Below are positions 1 through 8,342 of a stretch of DNA of 25,889 nt, piece after piece. The notes below the pieces were generated by a model that was not told the origin of the DNA, did no database searches, and saw only the letters and a program-made list of their open reading frames with translations. The stretch's first letter is position 1. Each line of letters starts with the position of its first letter. Position numbers and translations under genes: made by a program. The stretch is from positions 1 through 25,889 of IMG/VR virus record IMGVR_UViG_3300020045_005572; one strand, 5' to 3'. This DNA is from a virus (lineage: Duplodnaviria; Caudoviricetes).

Positions 1-1094
1 TTTTATTCTGGCTGAAACTGATGCTCAAGTCCCGTGGTTATAAAGTTCAGGATCACCGGGCCGACAACTTGGTAACGATCTCCCGGGGAGGTATAACGAA
101 TTACTTTTATGTATTTGGCGGAAAAGATGAACGATCTCAGGATCTAATCCAAGGGATCACACTGGCCGGAATCTTCTTTGATGAAGTAGCGCTGATGCCT
201 GAATCATTTGTTAATCAAGCCACCGGGCGTTGTTCTGTTGAAGGTTCAAAGTTTTGGTTCAACTGCAATCCGAGTAATCCGCAGCATTGGTTTAAAATTA
301 ATTGGATTGACAAGAAAGACCAGAAGAATTATTTATATCTCCATTTCACCATGGATGATAATCTCAGCCTAACGGAAAAGATAAAAGCCAGATATCGCTC
401 AATGTATAGCGGTGTTTTTTATGAGCGTTTTATTCTTGGCCTCTGGAAGGCAGCAGAAGGGGTCATATATCGACAATTTGCCGACAACCCCAGTAAGTAC
501 ATCATTGAGCTGACCGACGAGTTAAAAGAGCAATTAAGACGAGATCTTGAGTTCATATCAATCGGCATGGACTTTGGGGGGAATCGATCCCTAACAACTT
601 TCGTGGCCACCGGCTTTACTCATAACTTTAGAATGGTCTATGTTTTAGCCGATCATGCAATTAAGGGCCAGAAGGGCGACATCGATAGCGATATTGTCAA
701 TCAGGAATTCATTGCGTTTTATCGTGAATTAGAGCAGCTTTTCCCGGGTGTCCCAATCCGATATTGCTTTGCTGATAACGAGGCTCAATACCTGATCAAT
801 GGCCTATACAAAGCCTGTAAGAATGCTGGGTTGCCAATCAAGATTGGCGATAGTGCCAAGGTTAAGATCGTGGAGCGTATCCGGTGCTGCAAAGCTGTAT
901 TGAACCGGGAACGCATTAAGATCCTAAGCTGTTGTACGGCACTGATTGGCGGGCTCTCATCGGCGGTCTGGGACAAGAAGGCCAGTGACGCTGGCAAAGA
1001 CGTACGGCTGGATAACTTCAGTACAGACATTGACATCCTTGATGCCTTTGAATATTCATATGAGCAATTTATAAATAAACTAATCGGAGGTTAA
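1..1094 (+). CDS. terL: Phage terminase large subunit (PBSX-type), 5' end outside the window
   Basis: Walker B 'GIFFDEVALMP', coupling motif 'FNCNP', 'DDNLSL', RNase H-like nuclease acids 'IGMDFG' and 'DILDAFEYS'. The reading frame runs to the left edge. Confidence 0.93.
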   Translation, partial: LFWLKLMLKSRGYKVQDHRADNLVTISRGGITNYFYVFGGKDERSQDLIQGITLAGIFFDEVALMPESFVNQATGRCSVEGSKFWFNCNPSNPQHWFKINWIDKKDQKNYLYLHFTMDDNLSLTEKIKARYRSMYSGVFYERFILGLWKAAEGVIYRQFADNPSKYIIELTDELKEQLRRDLEFISIGMDFGGNRSLTTFVATGFTHNFRMVYVLADHAIKGQKGDIDSDIVNQEFIAFYRELEQLFPGVPIRYCFADNEAQYLINGLYKACKNAGLPIKIGDSAKVKIVERIRCCKAVLNRERIKILSCCTALIGGLSSAVWDKKASDAGKDVRLDNFSTDIDILDAFEYSYEQFINKLIGG

Positions 1095-1097
1095 ACC

Positions 1098-1259
1098 GTG
1101 AACATAAATGCAGTGGTAGATTATTTGAATAAAGTGAACGGTTATGACGTTCCGACAAGCTATTACGCCTACATCCAAGAGTGGGAAGATTGGTGGAAGG
1201 GTTATTATAAGCCATTCCATGATTTTACAGAGACTGGGTACAGTGGGAGAATTTCATAA
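1098..1259 (+). pseudogene. Phage portal protein, N-terminal fragment only (53 aa)
   Basis: GGAGG RBS at 1086-1090 and GTG at 1098, directly after terL. MNINAVVDYLNKVNGYDVPTSYYAYIQEWEDWWKGYYKPFHDF resembles the W..W..G....FH start of A118-type portals. Stops at TAA 1257-1259 inside oppositely oriented sequence. Confidence 0.7.
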
Positions 1260-1396
1260 TCCCATCCCCGCCCACTCTGACAGTGGGTGCAAATATCTTT
1301 AAATTTCTGGCCCATAACCTTGACTGTAATAAACCCTGCTTCCAAATAGTCGCCGTGGCATTTATGACACAGTGTTTCGATGTGCGGCTTATCCAT
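1205..1396 (-). CDS. Small zinc-finger-like phage protein; C-terminus probably chimeric with antisense portal sequence
   Basis: CHKC and CTHC pairs; start overlaps the stop of the upstream 1389-1526 ORF. Confidence 0.65.
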   Translation of the reverse strand: MDKPHIETLCHKCHGDYLEAGFITVKVMGQKFKDICTHCQSGRGWDYEILPLYPVSVKSWNGL

Positions 1397-1526
1397 CAGT
1401 CACATTGCATCCGCTATAATAAATACACCCCGTTTGTTTCCCGGGATCTTTTAATGTCTGCTTATCCAAACATTCACCATCCCGGCAATATTGGCATTCT
1501 TTTTTATCACATTTATTATCTGGCAT
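1389..1526 (-). CDS. Cys-rich microprotein (45 aa), not in the ORF track
   Basis: Manual translation MPDNKCDKKECQYCRDGECLDKQTLKDPGKQTGCIYYSGCNVTDG; GAGGG upstream; tightly packed with neighbours. Confidence 0.6.
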   Translation of the reverse strand: MPDNKCDKKECQYCRDGECLDKQTLKDPGKQTGCIYYSGCNVTDG

Positions 1527-1527
1527 A

Positions 1528-1683
1528 TTAACCCTCGCTATCCGGCCCTTCGCTATAATCTTTTGCGCATTGCTTTGAATCAGGTATTAAATACATGCAT
1601 CCATCGCCAGATACGCTACATTGATATCTTCCAGAATCTAGATCATATTTGGCGCATTCACAACCCTTTTTATTTGCAGACAT
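1528..1683 (-). CDS. Cys-rich microprotein (51 aa), not in the ORF track
   Basis: Manual translation MSANKKGCECAKYDLDSGRYQCSVSGDGCMYLIPDSKQCAKDYSEGPDSEG; RBS AGGAAGGA upstream of ATG 1683. Confidence 0.65.
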   Translation of the reverse strand: MSANKKGCECAKYDLDSGRYQCSVSGDGCMYLIPDSKQCAKDYSEGPDSEG

Positions 1684-1710
1684 ATTATTTTCCTTCCTGA
1701 ATTTATTGCA

Positions 1711-1735
1711 TAAAAAAGACGCCCTTTCGGACGCC
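1711..1735 (-). terminator. Rho-independent terminator downstream of the late-activator gene
   Basis: Minus strand GGCGTCC-GAAA-GGGCGTC-TTTTTT; G-U pairs work only on this strand. Confidence 0.7.
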
Positions 1736-1778
1736 TATATAATTTCGTTTAAATGCGGCTTAATTAGGAAACCTCCGC

Positions 1779-1810
1779 ATTATAAATCTTACCATTCATT
1801 TCACTGAAAT
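1779..1810 (-). promoter_or_regulatory. Putative late promoter with a palindromic activator site
   Basis: Perfect palindrome ATTTCA-C-TGAAAT at 1798-1810 and minus-strand TATAAT at 1784-1779, just downstream of the activator gene. Confidence 0.4.
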
Positions 1811-1828
1811 TGTCGGCAATGTTTTTAA

Positions 1829-2260
1829 TCACGCCAGCTTTATTAGATCCAGCGCTTTATTAGTCAGGTTATATACCTGCTTGACGCTGTAATCCATTCT
1901 CTCCGCAATCTCGCCTTGACTCAAGCATTCGACATAGGTCAACTGCAATACCGTCCGCAATTTCGGCATTTTCACCGTATCCAGATATTTAAGTATTTTT
2001 CGACGTTCCTCCACACATTTTAGGATTTCACGCTCTATTTCTTCCTGGAGCGGTATCCACTTAATGACATGATCCCCAATATCCATACTATCCCCACCCC
2101 TTGGCATATCGGTAATTGTATTTGTCATTTTTGTGGCACCAGTCATCAGTTTTTCCAAATCATTCTGGAGACTTACCGCCAGCTCTATCTGATACTCATA
2201 TCCCCTGAGTATTTCATCTTTCCGCTTATCCTTCGGCCGACAAACCGCTTTATTTGACAT
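1829..2260 (-). CDS. Late-gene transcriptional activator (ArpU/RinA-like, sigma70 region-4 HTH)
   Basis: C-terminal 'LRTVLQLTYVECLSQGEIAERMDYSVKQVYNLTNKAL'; 'ITDMPRGG' motif; last large gene of the early operon. Start reassigned to MSNKAV (ATG 2260, RBS GAGGGG). Confidence 0.8.
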   Translation of the reverse strand: MSNKAVCRPKDKRKDEILRGYEYQIELAVSLQNDLEKLMTGATKMTNTITDMPRGGDSMDIGDHVIKWIPLQEEIEREILKCVEERRKILKYLDTVKMPKLRTVLQLTYVECLSQGEIAERMDYSVKQVYNLTNKALDLIKLA

Positions 2261-2282
2261 CCGCTTCCCCCTCTGATAAAAT
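2254..2282 (+). promoter_or_regulatory. Antisense sigmaA promoter
   Basis: TTGACA 2254-2259, 17-bp spacer, extended -10 TGaTAAAAT (TAAAAT 2277-2282). Confidence 0.7.
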
Positions 2283-2288
2283 AAATTT

Positions 2289-2323
2289 GCGAGTATTCTA
2301 TCTGGGGCGGAAGCCCTTTTTTT
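2289..2323 (+). ncRNA. Putative ~35-nt antisense RNA ending in a terminator
   Basis: Follows the 2254-2282 promoter; ends in GGGGC-GGAA-GCCCT followed by a T run (2304-2323). Start is estimated. Confidence 0.45.
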
Positions 2324-2333
2324 ATGTCTGCTT

Positions 2334-2459
2334 TTAATTTCTCCGATACTTAAACCATTCCACGGCGGCAATTCCGATTAGTGCCGCAATAGCAAGACCA
2401 GCCGTTGCTGCCGATCCAGCCACTACCAATATGAATATTCCTAATGCTATCTCTCCCAC
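2334..2459 (-). CDS. Small membrane protein (41 aa), not in the ORF track
   Basis: AGGAGG RBS and GTG at 2459; MGEIALGIFILVVAGSAATAGLAIAALIGIAAVEWFKYRRN (hydrophobic stretch plus basic tail). Confidence 0.65.
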   Translation of the reverse strand: MGEIALGIFILVVAGSAATAGLAIAALIGIAAVEWFKYRRN

Positions 2460-2855
2460 TCAAAACCTCCTATAATTCCCTCTATTCCCAACACAAAACA
2501 TCCGGCCTCTGTAATTTGGCATATAGCCATAGTTTTTCGGATTACTTTTCGTCCGGTATTCACTTTGGTAGATTTTCTTTTTCTCTGGTGGTGCATAAAA
2601 CTCAAAAATATCTAAGCCCCACTTTGTTATTGGCTCAATTACTGGTCGTATCGCTTTAGCAACGGCTTCCTTCAGCTCTTTAATTGCATTGGCCCTTCTT
2701 CTGATTACTTCATAAATTTCAACAATTTGGTGGTTGCTATATCCCATCAATTTGCAGGCCCCATAAAACGACTCATCTTTTTCGACTTCTTCCACTTTCC
2801 AATCAGACCACCCAACATGTTCAATACGTGCTCGATACCACATCACCACTATCAT
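2460..2855 (-). CDS. Hypothetical phage protein
   Basis: 131-aa ORF coupled (ATGA overlap) to the upstream methyltransferase. Confidence 0.65.
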   Translation of the reverse strand: MIVVMWYRARIEHVGWSDWKVEEVEKDESFYGACKLMGYSNHQIVEIYEVIRRRANAIKELKEAVAKAIRPVIEPITKWGLDIFEFYAPPEKKKIYQSEYRTKSNPKNYGYMPNYRGRMFCVGNRGNYRRF

Positions 2856-4453
2856 GCACTCAACCTCAACAACCCATTATCTTTCAGCACATTTTGAACA
2901 TCTTCATCATTCCGGCATCGTTCATAGTTCTTTTCCCCTTGGAAGTTATTGATCGCTTCTTTTTCTTCCGGTGAAAGGTTGTAATATTCCTTCTTCCCAT
3001 ACGCTGGCGGCAACCAGTTCCTTTTCCTGGCCACAAAGATATTCAGTAGCTCTATGGCTTTTTCGTCTGTAAACTCAATGTGACACGTCCCTTTCTTGTA
3101 AAATGTGAGGTTGAAATACTCAAACTCAATGTTTTTCGTCTGGCCGTTGTCTCTGGCGTCCTTCAGTTTTTGTCTAATTCCAGAATCCACGACGGTCTTT
3201 TTGCCTTTGCTCAGGTAACTCAAAACCTTTTCCATTTCAATGACTTTCTGATCAGCCTTGTAATCCGGATCAAAGTTACCGCTCCACGAATCATAGGCAT
3301 TTAGCCAGATAATGGCTTTCTTGCCGATCTTCCAGGCTTTGTTAGTCTTCCATGCGTCATAGTAAAGCGTGTTCTTGCCATCATAGGCTTTGGTTGTCAC
3401 ATCATCGAAAAACGCTTCGATCCCGGCTTCAATGTTTGATCCCAGGTTCTGGTATAACAGCTGCTGCAATTGTCGGATGTTGAACAGGGTCACGTCATAC
3501 TCTGCAAATTCTTCAATCTTGCTGTTTAGATCATAATAAGCATCAGTGGTAACAATCTCTGTGATCGCCTTGAGATTAAAGATCGTTTTCCAGTACTTGT
3601 GCCGGGTCTTGCTGATCAGTTTATTAATCATCGTTTTGCGGTCATCTTCTAGATCATTTCTGCCTGACCCAATGGCCAGATTAATAAAACACTCCTTATT
3701 TTGGATTTCATCGCCTGAAATTAATACCGGCTTGATCCTGAAGTATTCCTCGATAAACTCGACCCCGACTTTGACTTCATAGTCGTAGGATTCGATGATC
3801 CCGGTCACTGGATCGCCACTGATCAAAGAAGCATAATCTTTAACCAGGTCTTCATATTTCTCAGCCTTTTCCATCTTATCCAGGATTAAACTGGCATCCA
3901 TCTTAATAATTTCTGGGAATATCACACTAATCAGCGCAACCTCGACCGCTGTTTTTCGTTCGGCGTCAATAAAGGCATTTTCAATATATTCGATGTCGGC
4001 CTTGTATTCTTCCAGTATTTTGATGATATTTTTTCTTAAATTTGTGTGCGGGTTTCGGATCGTTTCAGCATTCAAAATGCAAACCACTTGTCCCCCACGC
4101 CTTTTTTGCATCGCCATAGCTCGCTGAAGGTGCTTATCGCCGTTAGAAAACGGCGGGTTCATCATAATGCAGTCATAACTTTTAAACGTCTCAAAGGTTA
4201 GGAAGTCGTCATGAATGACATTGATCTTTTCGCCTTTGAGGATGTGCTGGAACTCTTTTTCAATCTCGATGGCATCGATGGTCACAGTTCGGTGCCGATA
4301 ACGGGCTTTCGTCAATTCTAAGATTTTCTTGCAGATATGGCCTTTCCCGGCCGATGGTTCGAGGATTACCGGGTTTCTTCGTTGATCGCTTAATTTTGAA
4401 TACATTTTTTCAATTAAATCGTCGGGTGTTGGGTAATACTCAGTCATCCCCAT
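2852..4453 (-). CDS. Amino (N6-adenine type) DNA methyltransferase fused to a DUF4942-like C-terminal domain
   Basis: 'YYPTP', SAM-binding 'ILEPSAGKG', catalytic 'MMNPPF'; C-terminal 'YFNLTFYKKGTCHIEF...WLPPAYGKK' typical of DUF4942 proteins. Confidence 0.85.
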   Translation of the reverse strand: MGMTEYYPTPDDLIEKMYSKLSDQRRNPVILEPSAGKGHICKKILELTKARYRHRTVTIDAIEIEKEFQHILKGEKINVIHDDFLTFETFKSYDCIMMNPPFSNGDKHLQRAMAMQKRRGGQVVCILNAETIRNPHTNLRKNIIKILEEYKADIEYIENAFIDAERKTAVEVALISVIFPEIIKMDASLILDKMEKAEKYEDLVKDYASLISGDPVTGIIESYDYEVKVGVEFIEEYFRIKPVLISGDEIQNKECFINLAIGSGRNDLEDDRKTMINKLISKTRHKYWKTIFNLKAITEIVTTDAYYDLNSKIEEFAEYDVTLFNIRQLQQLLYQNLGSNIEAGIEAFFDDVTTKAYDGKNTLYYDAWKTNKAWKIGKKAIIWLNAYDSWSGNFDPDYKADQKVIEMEKVLSYLSKGKKTVVDSGIRQKLKDARDNGQTKNIEFEYFNLTFYKKGTCHIEFTDEKAIELLNIFVARKRNWLPPAYGKKEYYNLSPEEKEAINNFQGEKNYERCRNDEDVQNVLKDNGLLRLSA

Positions 4454-4826
4454 ATTTCCCCTTCATTTCCCGTAAAATCCGCTCTTTTATTTCCGGCGTG
4501 ATTTCTTCGGCGGTGCGGAAGTAGTTCCCGGCGTTGTATGAATAAAAATCTCTCATATAACCACGCCACATAACTTTAGTGCTATCTTCATCAGCAGTAA
4601 CGCACCAATAATATTCTCCTTCTTTCGGTTTCCATGGTAGTTTTTCGATTGTGAAAACTCCCCGAATTAACTCAACTATGGTCGTATATCCCATATTGTC
4701 ACCTCTCGAGTTAATCAAAATACACTCATCATCGAAATAATATGGGTTTAAAACCAATTCTTTGATGTTGAATATCTCCCCAATCTCAACCCCTAGAACC
4801 TTCAAAACTTCCGGCATATAATTCAT
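4440..4826 (-). CDS. Hypothetical phage protein
   Basis: Likely start MNYMPEV at 4826 (GGAGG RBS); 'KLPWKPKEGEYYW...GNYFRTAEE' is a recurrent motif in Firmicutes phage proteins. Confidence 0.7.
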   Translation of the reverse strand: MNYMPEVLKVLGVEIGEIFNIKELVLNPYYFDDECILINSRGDNMGYTTIVELIRGVFTIEKLPWKPKEGEYYWCVTADEDSTKVMWRGYMRDFYSYNAGNYFRTAEEITPEIKERILREMKGKYGDD

Positions 4827-4915
4827 CGCTTGCCCTCCCGATACTTCCGCCCATACCATCCCCACACCGAACCGGTGGCAAATGCCAGGATCAAGGCCAT
4901 TACTTCAAACGGCAT
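4823..4915 (-). CDS. Small single-TM protein (30 aa)
   Basis: MPFEVMALILAFATGSVWGWYGRKYREGKR; RBS GAAGGT; stop overlaps the next ATG. Confidence 0.5.
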   Translation of the reverse strand: MPFEVMALILAFATGSVWGWYGRKYREGKR

Positions 4916-5235
4916 TTTCGCACCTTCACTTTCTAAGCTCCCAGCTACTGCATTGGAGATTGTATCCAGCGTTCTTAAGTGTTTGAAGATCAATCTCATC
5001 TGGGTTACTTTCTTCCGCATCGCAAATTGGATATATTTCTTTTACGCTGCCAAATTCCCAAGATTCAAGTGTTTCCGATCCCCAGTCGCTCCAATGCTTA
5101 CAGCTAAAGCAATTCTTCAATTCCGGGTTTTTCTTGCAACTATGTCTATCTGGCGTTCTAAAATCCTTCCCGCAATGTTCACAATGATATCTGGTTACTG
5201 CTTTCATTGCTTTGGTTTCAGGCATTTTCGCACCT
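4911..5235. repeat. 15-bp direct repeat GGCATTTTCGCACCT at 4911-4925 and 5221-5235
   Basis: Exact copies; on the minus strand each reads AGGTGCGAAAATGCC, the RBS plus start codon of two successive genes. Confidence 0.8.
4926..5225 (-). CDS. Zn-finger-like hypothetical phage protein
   Basis: 'YHCEHCGK', 'CKKNPELKNCFSCKH'; start MPETK with GAGGTG RBS. Confidence 0.7.
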   Translation of the reverse strand: MPETKAMKAVTRYHCEHCGKDFRTPDRHSCKKNPELKNCFSCKHWSDWGSETLESWEFGSVKEIYPICDAEESNPDEIDLQTLKNAGYNLQCSSWELRK

Positions 5236-5565
5236 CTCAAAATAAAACTCGAGTTTTTTTGGTGTTGGCGTCACAACCCCAAATCTCACAGCGTTTTTAT
5301 AAGTCACACTATCCCGCATCAATCGCTCGTGCCACTTTCCAATTTCCTCTCGGAATTCTTCGATGCCATACGTGGATTTATAATGATTGCAAGACCTGCA
5401 GGCAGGCAACATATTTTCTTTTTCATCCAAACCGCCCCGATTTATTGGGAAAACATGATCCACTTGCATATCTGCGATACTTATCTCGATACCGCAATAT
5501 GCACAATGGCCACCGGTTTTATTGTGGATTTCTTCCCTTTCCACTTTGCTCAGTTTTTTACGCAT
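5218..5565 (-). CDS. HNH endonuclease
   Basis: 'HCAYCG...VDHVFPINRGG...NMLPACRSCNHYK'; start MRKKL overlaps the thyX stop (TAATG). Confidence 0.88.
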   Translation of the reverse strand: MRKKLSKVEREEIHNKTGGHCAYCGIEISIADMQVDHVFPINRGGLDEKENMLPACRSCNHYKSTYGIEEFREEIGKWHERLMRDSVTYKNAVRFGVVTPTPKKLEFYFERCENA

Positions 5566-6248
5566 TATTTCCCCTCCTTGCAACTCATTTCCCCCTCTGG
5601 GCACGAGCCACTCACACACGGCGCACCCGCATTTTTAAACAATATCGGTGCAATTTGCTTGCACTGTTTGAGCATCTGTTCAGCCATTTCCCGGATTTCC
5701 CATTGCGCCCGGTTGCAACAGCGCTTGTTGAAAAAGTGTAGCAACGTGCGAACGTTCATGGTGCAAACGATGGATGTGGTGCAGGCACCAGGCAGCACAT
5801 ACCGGGCATCTTCTTGAGCCTGCTCTTTGGTTCTGCCGGCTGCGATTAATTTAAGCACTAATTGTGAATATGCAAAATTGATCTCGTACATAACGTCTTT
5901 AAAATCTTCCTTATCGTCTGGATCATCAGCTATGAACGGCGGTATTACATAATCAAACTCGCACTCGCTCACATATCTCTGACTTTTTTGGCTATAAGAC
6001 GCTATCCGGTGACGGACCAACTGGTGCGATAACGCCCTACTCACCCCATCAATCCCGAATGTGAACGAAGCGTGTTCAAGTGGGCTTTCGTGGCCCATAT
6101 CCACCAATTTCGTCAATAGTTTCTCGACCGCTTCATCCGTCAGGTTCTCCATGATTTTGTCGACGGGGCTGCTGGAATAGCATAATTTGGCAGCGGCGGC
6201 CACCAACCGCTCAGGGTTTGGGGTATGTTCTAATATTTTTACTTGCAT
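5565..6248 (-). CDS. thyX: FAD-dependent thymidylate synthase
   Basis: ThyX signature 'RHRIASYSQKSQR', plus 'GHESPLEH', 'EDARYVLP', 'RAQWEIR'. Confidence 0.96.
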   Translation of the reverse strand: MQVKILEHTPNPERLVAAAAKLCYSSSPVDKIMENLTDEAVEKLLTKLVDMGHESPLEHASFTFGIDGVSRALSHQLVRHRIASYSQKSQRYVSECEFDYVIPPFIADDPDDKEDFKDVMYEINFAYSQLVLKLIAAGRTKEQAQEDARYVLPGACTTSIVCTMNVRTLLHFFNKRCCNRAQWEIREMAEQMLKQCKQIAPILFKNAGAPCVSGSCPEGEMSCKEGK

Positions 6249-6376
6249 TTATCAACCTCGCATTCCTCTGGCTTATAAAACACCAACTCATTCCGCTCCA
6301 CACTTTCCAGCTCCAACCGCACGTCCAGCGGTTTACAGTGGTTCCCGATTCGATTCGGGCATTTATAACAATTCAT
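6239..6376 (-). CDS. Cys-rich microprotein (45 aa), not in the ORF track
   Basis: AGGAGG RBS; MNCYKCPNRIGNHCKPLDVRLELESVERNELVFYKPEECEVDKCK fills the gap between dcm and thyX. Confidence 0.6.
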   Translation of the reverse strand: MNCYKCPNRIGNHCKPLDVRLELESVERNELVFYKPEECEVDKCK

Positions 6377-6391
6377 GATTCCTCCTAAAAT

Positions 6392-7747
6392 TTATGAAGC
6401 CATGGTTCTTTCTACTTCCAAAACATTTGCCATTACCAATTCTCTGGCAAATACCGGCGGTACCGCATTACCGCACCGCTTAACCTGTTCTGTTTTTGTG
6501 ATCTTCTTACCGTCCGAATCGTAATCAATTATGTAATCCGGCGGAAATCCATTTGCAGTGAACAATTCCCGGGGATCCAACATCCGCATTCCGATATCAA
6601 TTATTTGGTAATCAGTCCCGCGAACTGTCACCAATCCAAAACGATCATGGCTTACAACCGTTCCGCATGGTTCTTTGAGATCCTGGCCAATCCCCTGACC
6701 ATAGTATTTTATTAAGAATGCTCTGACTTCTCCCAGATGACCGGGGCCGGCGACTATTGTATTGACTGGATCTCTGGAATCAGTACCGATCATATGGTTA
6801 TTCATCTGGATAATGTGCGATGATATCAGTGCGTATCTTGGACTTCCATCGATCGTCATAATTGGATCATCTATTTTTTGACCTCTTACTTCGTGATTTA
6901 ATGTTTCCGAATGGTATTGGATCAACATTGATGTTTGATCTTTGATAAAAAACGGATCAGGATTATCGACAATAAATTTCTTTATTCCTTTTGCGATCCG
7001 CTCCATGGTCTTATCCGCCAATGGCCGAACTGTGTGCAATCCATGTTTTTCTTTTATTTGTTGCTTTGTGTCAAATATCGATGGACATGGTTTTGAAAAG
7101 TCAAGCACATCTGATACCGGTGTATAAGGTTTTAAGATCCCCATTGCTACCTCTTTGCTGTTCCAGGGCCCATGGCTTTTCGCTGGCCACGATATTGGAA
7201 GTCCATCACACCGGGAAACCATGAAAAATCGTTTCCGCTTAGTTGGTGCCCCATAATCAGCTGCAATCAATTCCCGAAATTCTACCTGGTACCCGATAAT
7301 TTTCAACTGCTCAACAAAGCTATTAAAAGTCTCGCCGGTTTTGCTTTTATCCGGTTGGTTGTCTTCACCCAGCGGCCCCCATGTCTTAAATTCTTCCACG
7401 TTTTCTAAAATTATGACTGTTGGCCGTACCTGCATCGCCCATTTGACCGCTACCCATGCTAGCCCCCGGATGTTTTTGTCTTTTGGTTTACCGCCTTTGG
7501 CCTTGCTGAAATGAGTACAATCCGGGGAAAACCATGCCAGATCAACCGGTTGTCCTCCACACGCTTTCACTGGATCTACATCCAACACTGATTCGCAATA
7601 ATGCTTTGTATGCGGATGGTTTACCTTGTGCATTGCAATTGCCCCAGGATCATGATTGATCGCAATATCAACCGGTCTACCCATGGCTTGCTCAATTCCT
7701 TCACTGGCGCCACCGCCTCCTGCAAAGTTGTCAATTATTAATCCCAT
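6392..7747 (-). CDS. dcm: DNA (cytosine-5)-methyltransferase, orphan
   Basis: Motif I 'DNFAGGGG', IV 'FSPDC', VI 'ENV', VIII 'RKRFF', X 'GNAV'. Confidence 0.93.
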   Translation of the reverse strand: MGLIIDNFAGGGGASEGIEQAMGRPVDIAINHDPGAIAMHKVNHPHTKHYCESVLDVDPVKACGGQPVDLAWFSPDCTHFSKAKGGKPKDKNIRGLAWVAVKWAMQVRPTVIILENVEEFKTWGPLGEDNQPDKSKTGETFNSFVEQLKIIGYQVEFRELIAADYGAPTKRKRFFMVSRCDGLPISWPAKSHGPWNSKEVAMGILKPYTPVSDVLDFSKPCPSIFDTKQQIKEKHGLHTVRPLADKTMERIAKGIKKFIVDNPDPFFIKDQTSMLIQYHSETLNHEVRGQKIDDPIMTIDGSPRYALISSHIIQMNNHMIGTDSRDPVNTIVAGPGHLGEVRAFLIKYYGQGIGQDLKEPCGTVVSHDRFGLVTVRGTDYQIIDIGMRMLDPRELFTANGFPPDYIIDYDSDGKKITKTEQVKRCGNAVPPVFARELVMANVLEVERTMAS

Positions 7748-7842
7748 ATACCACTCCTTATTACTTCACGCTTCAAGCACCTAAACATACAAATTCTTAT
7801 ATCGCCCGTATAGTTCTCGCATTCCTCGCAAATCAGCTTCAT
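7738..7842 (-). CDS. Possible Cys-rich microprotein (34 aa)
   Basis: MKLICEECENYTGDIRICMFRCLKREVIRSGIWD; ATGA overlap with the upstream stop. Confidence 0.4.
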   Translation of the reverse strand: MKLICEECENYTGDIRICMFRCLKREVIRSGIWD

Positions 7843-8342
7843 CCCAACCCCATGCTTTCCCGCATCGTCCCGCTCTGGGCCATTCGTTCGGCCGCACCAC
7901 GCTGGCCATAGCTGCCAAATTCTTTCCGGGCGACACTGTTGTATTCCGGAATGCTTACTGCCGGCGCTTTAACTTTTGCGCCCCACCCAAACCGCTGGGC
8001 ATCGGTTAACCCCGATACCGTGCGTGTAGAGTGTGATTTACTCCATCTGACGCTAATTTCCGTCGTATTTTTCTTTGAGCATTTGGTTGAGCATGTTAGT
8101 TGATTTCCATTCGCCGGTAAAAATACCTCGCCGCATTGTTTGCAGGTGGCGTATTGATAATATTGCTCAAACTCACCTCCGAACGCCTCAACAAGCCTTT
8201 TGATGGTCGGATTCCCACCCTCACTTTTGCCGGTTGTGATCATACTGATCGTCGTTCTTTCGATACCGGCAATCCTACCTAGTTCCGCAAAGGATATGTT
8301 CCGCTCCTTCGCAATTCCGATTATTCTCTCCGCTAATGTCAT
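7839..8342 (-). CDS. XRE-type HTH protein with a central Zn-binding motif
   Basis: N-terminal HTH 'ISFAELGRIAGIERTTISMI'; 'CKQCG...CSTKC'. Confidence 0.75.
   Translation of the reverse strand: MTLAERIIGIAKERNISFAELGRIAGIERTTISMITTGKSEGGNPTIKRLVEAFGGEFEQYYQYATCKQCGEVFLPANGNQLTCSTKCSKKNTTEISVRWSKSHSTRTVSGLTDAQRFGWGAKVKAPAVSIPEYNSVARKEFGSYGQRGAAERMAQSGTMRESMGLG

Noticed and set aside
2261-2371. N-terminal extension of the activator ORF in the track (start 2371)
   Set aside because: No RBS, overlaps the small membrane ORF, and a better RBS precedes ATG 2260. Tracked starts for cI (22354), cro (22304), HNH (5619) and DUF5131 (12436) were shortened for the same reason.
4830-5817. Long + strand ORFs (303 aa and 201 aa)
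   Set aside because: Antisense shadows of well-supported minus-strand genes (HNH, thyX); no motifs or convincing RBS. The same applies to most other + strand ORFs between 1283 and 22219.
5218-7747. dcm + HNH as a restriction-modification pair
   Set aside because: The genes are separated by thyX and a small ORF, and the short HNH is a common free-standing phage type.
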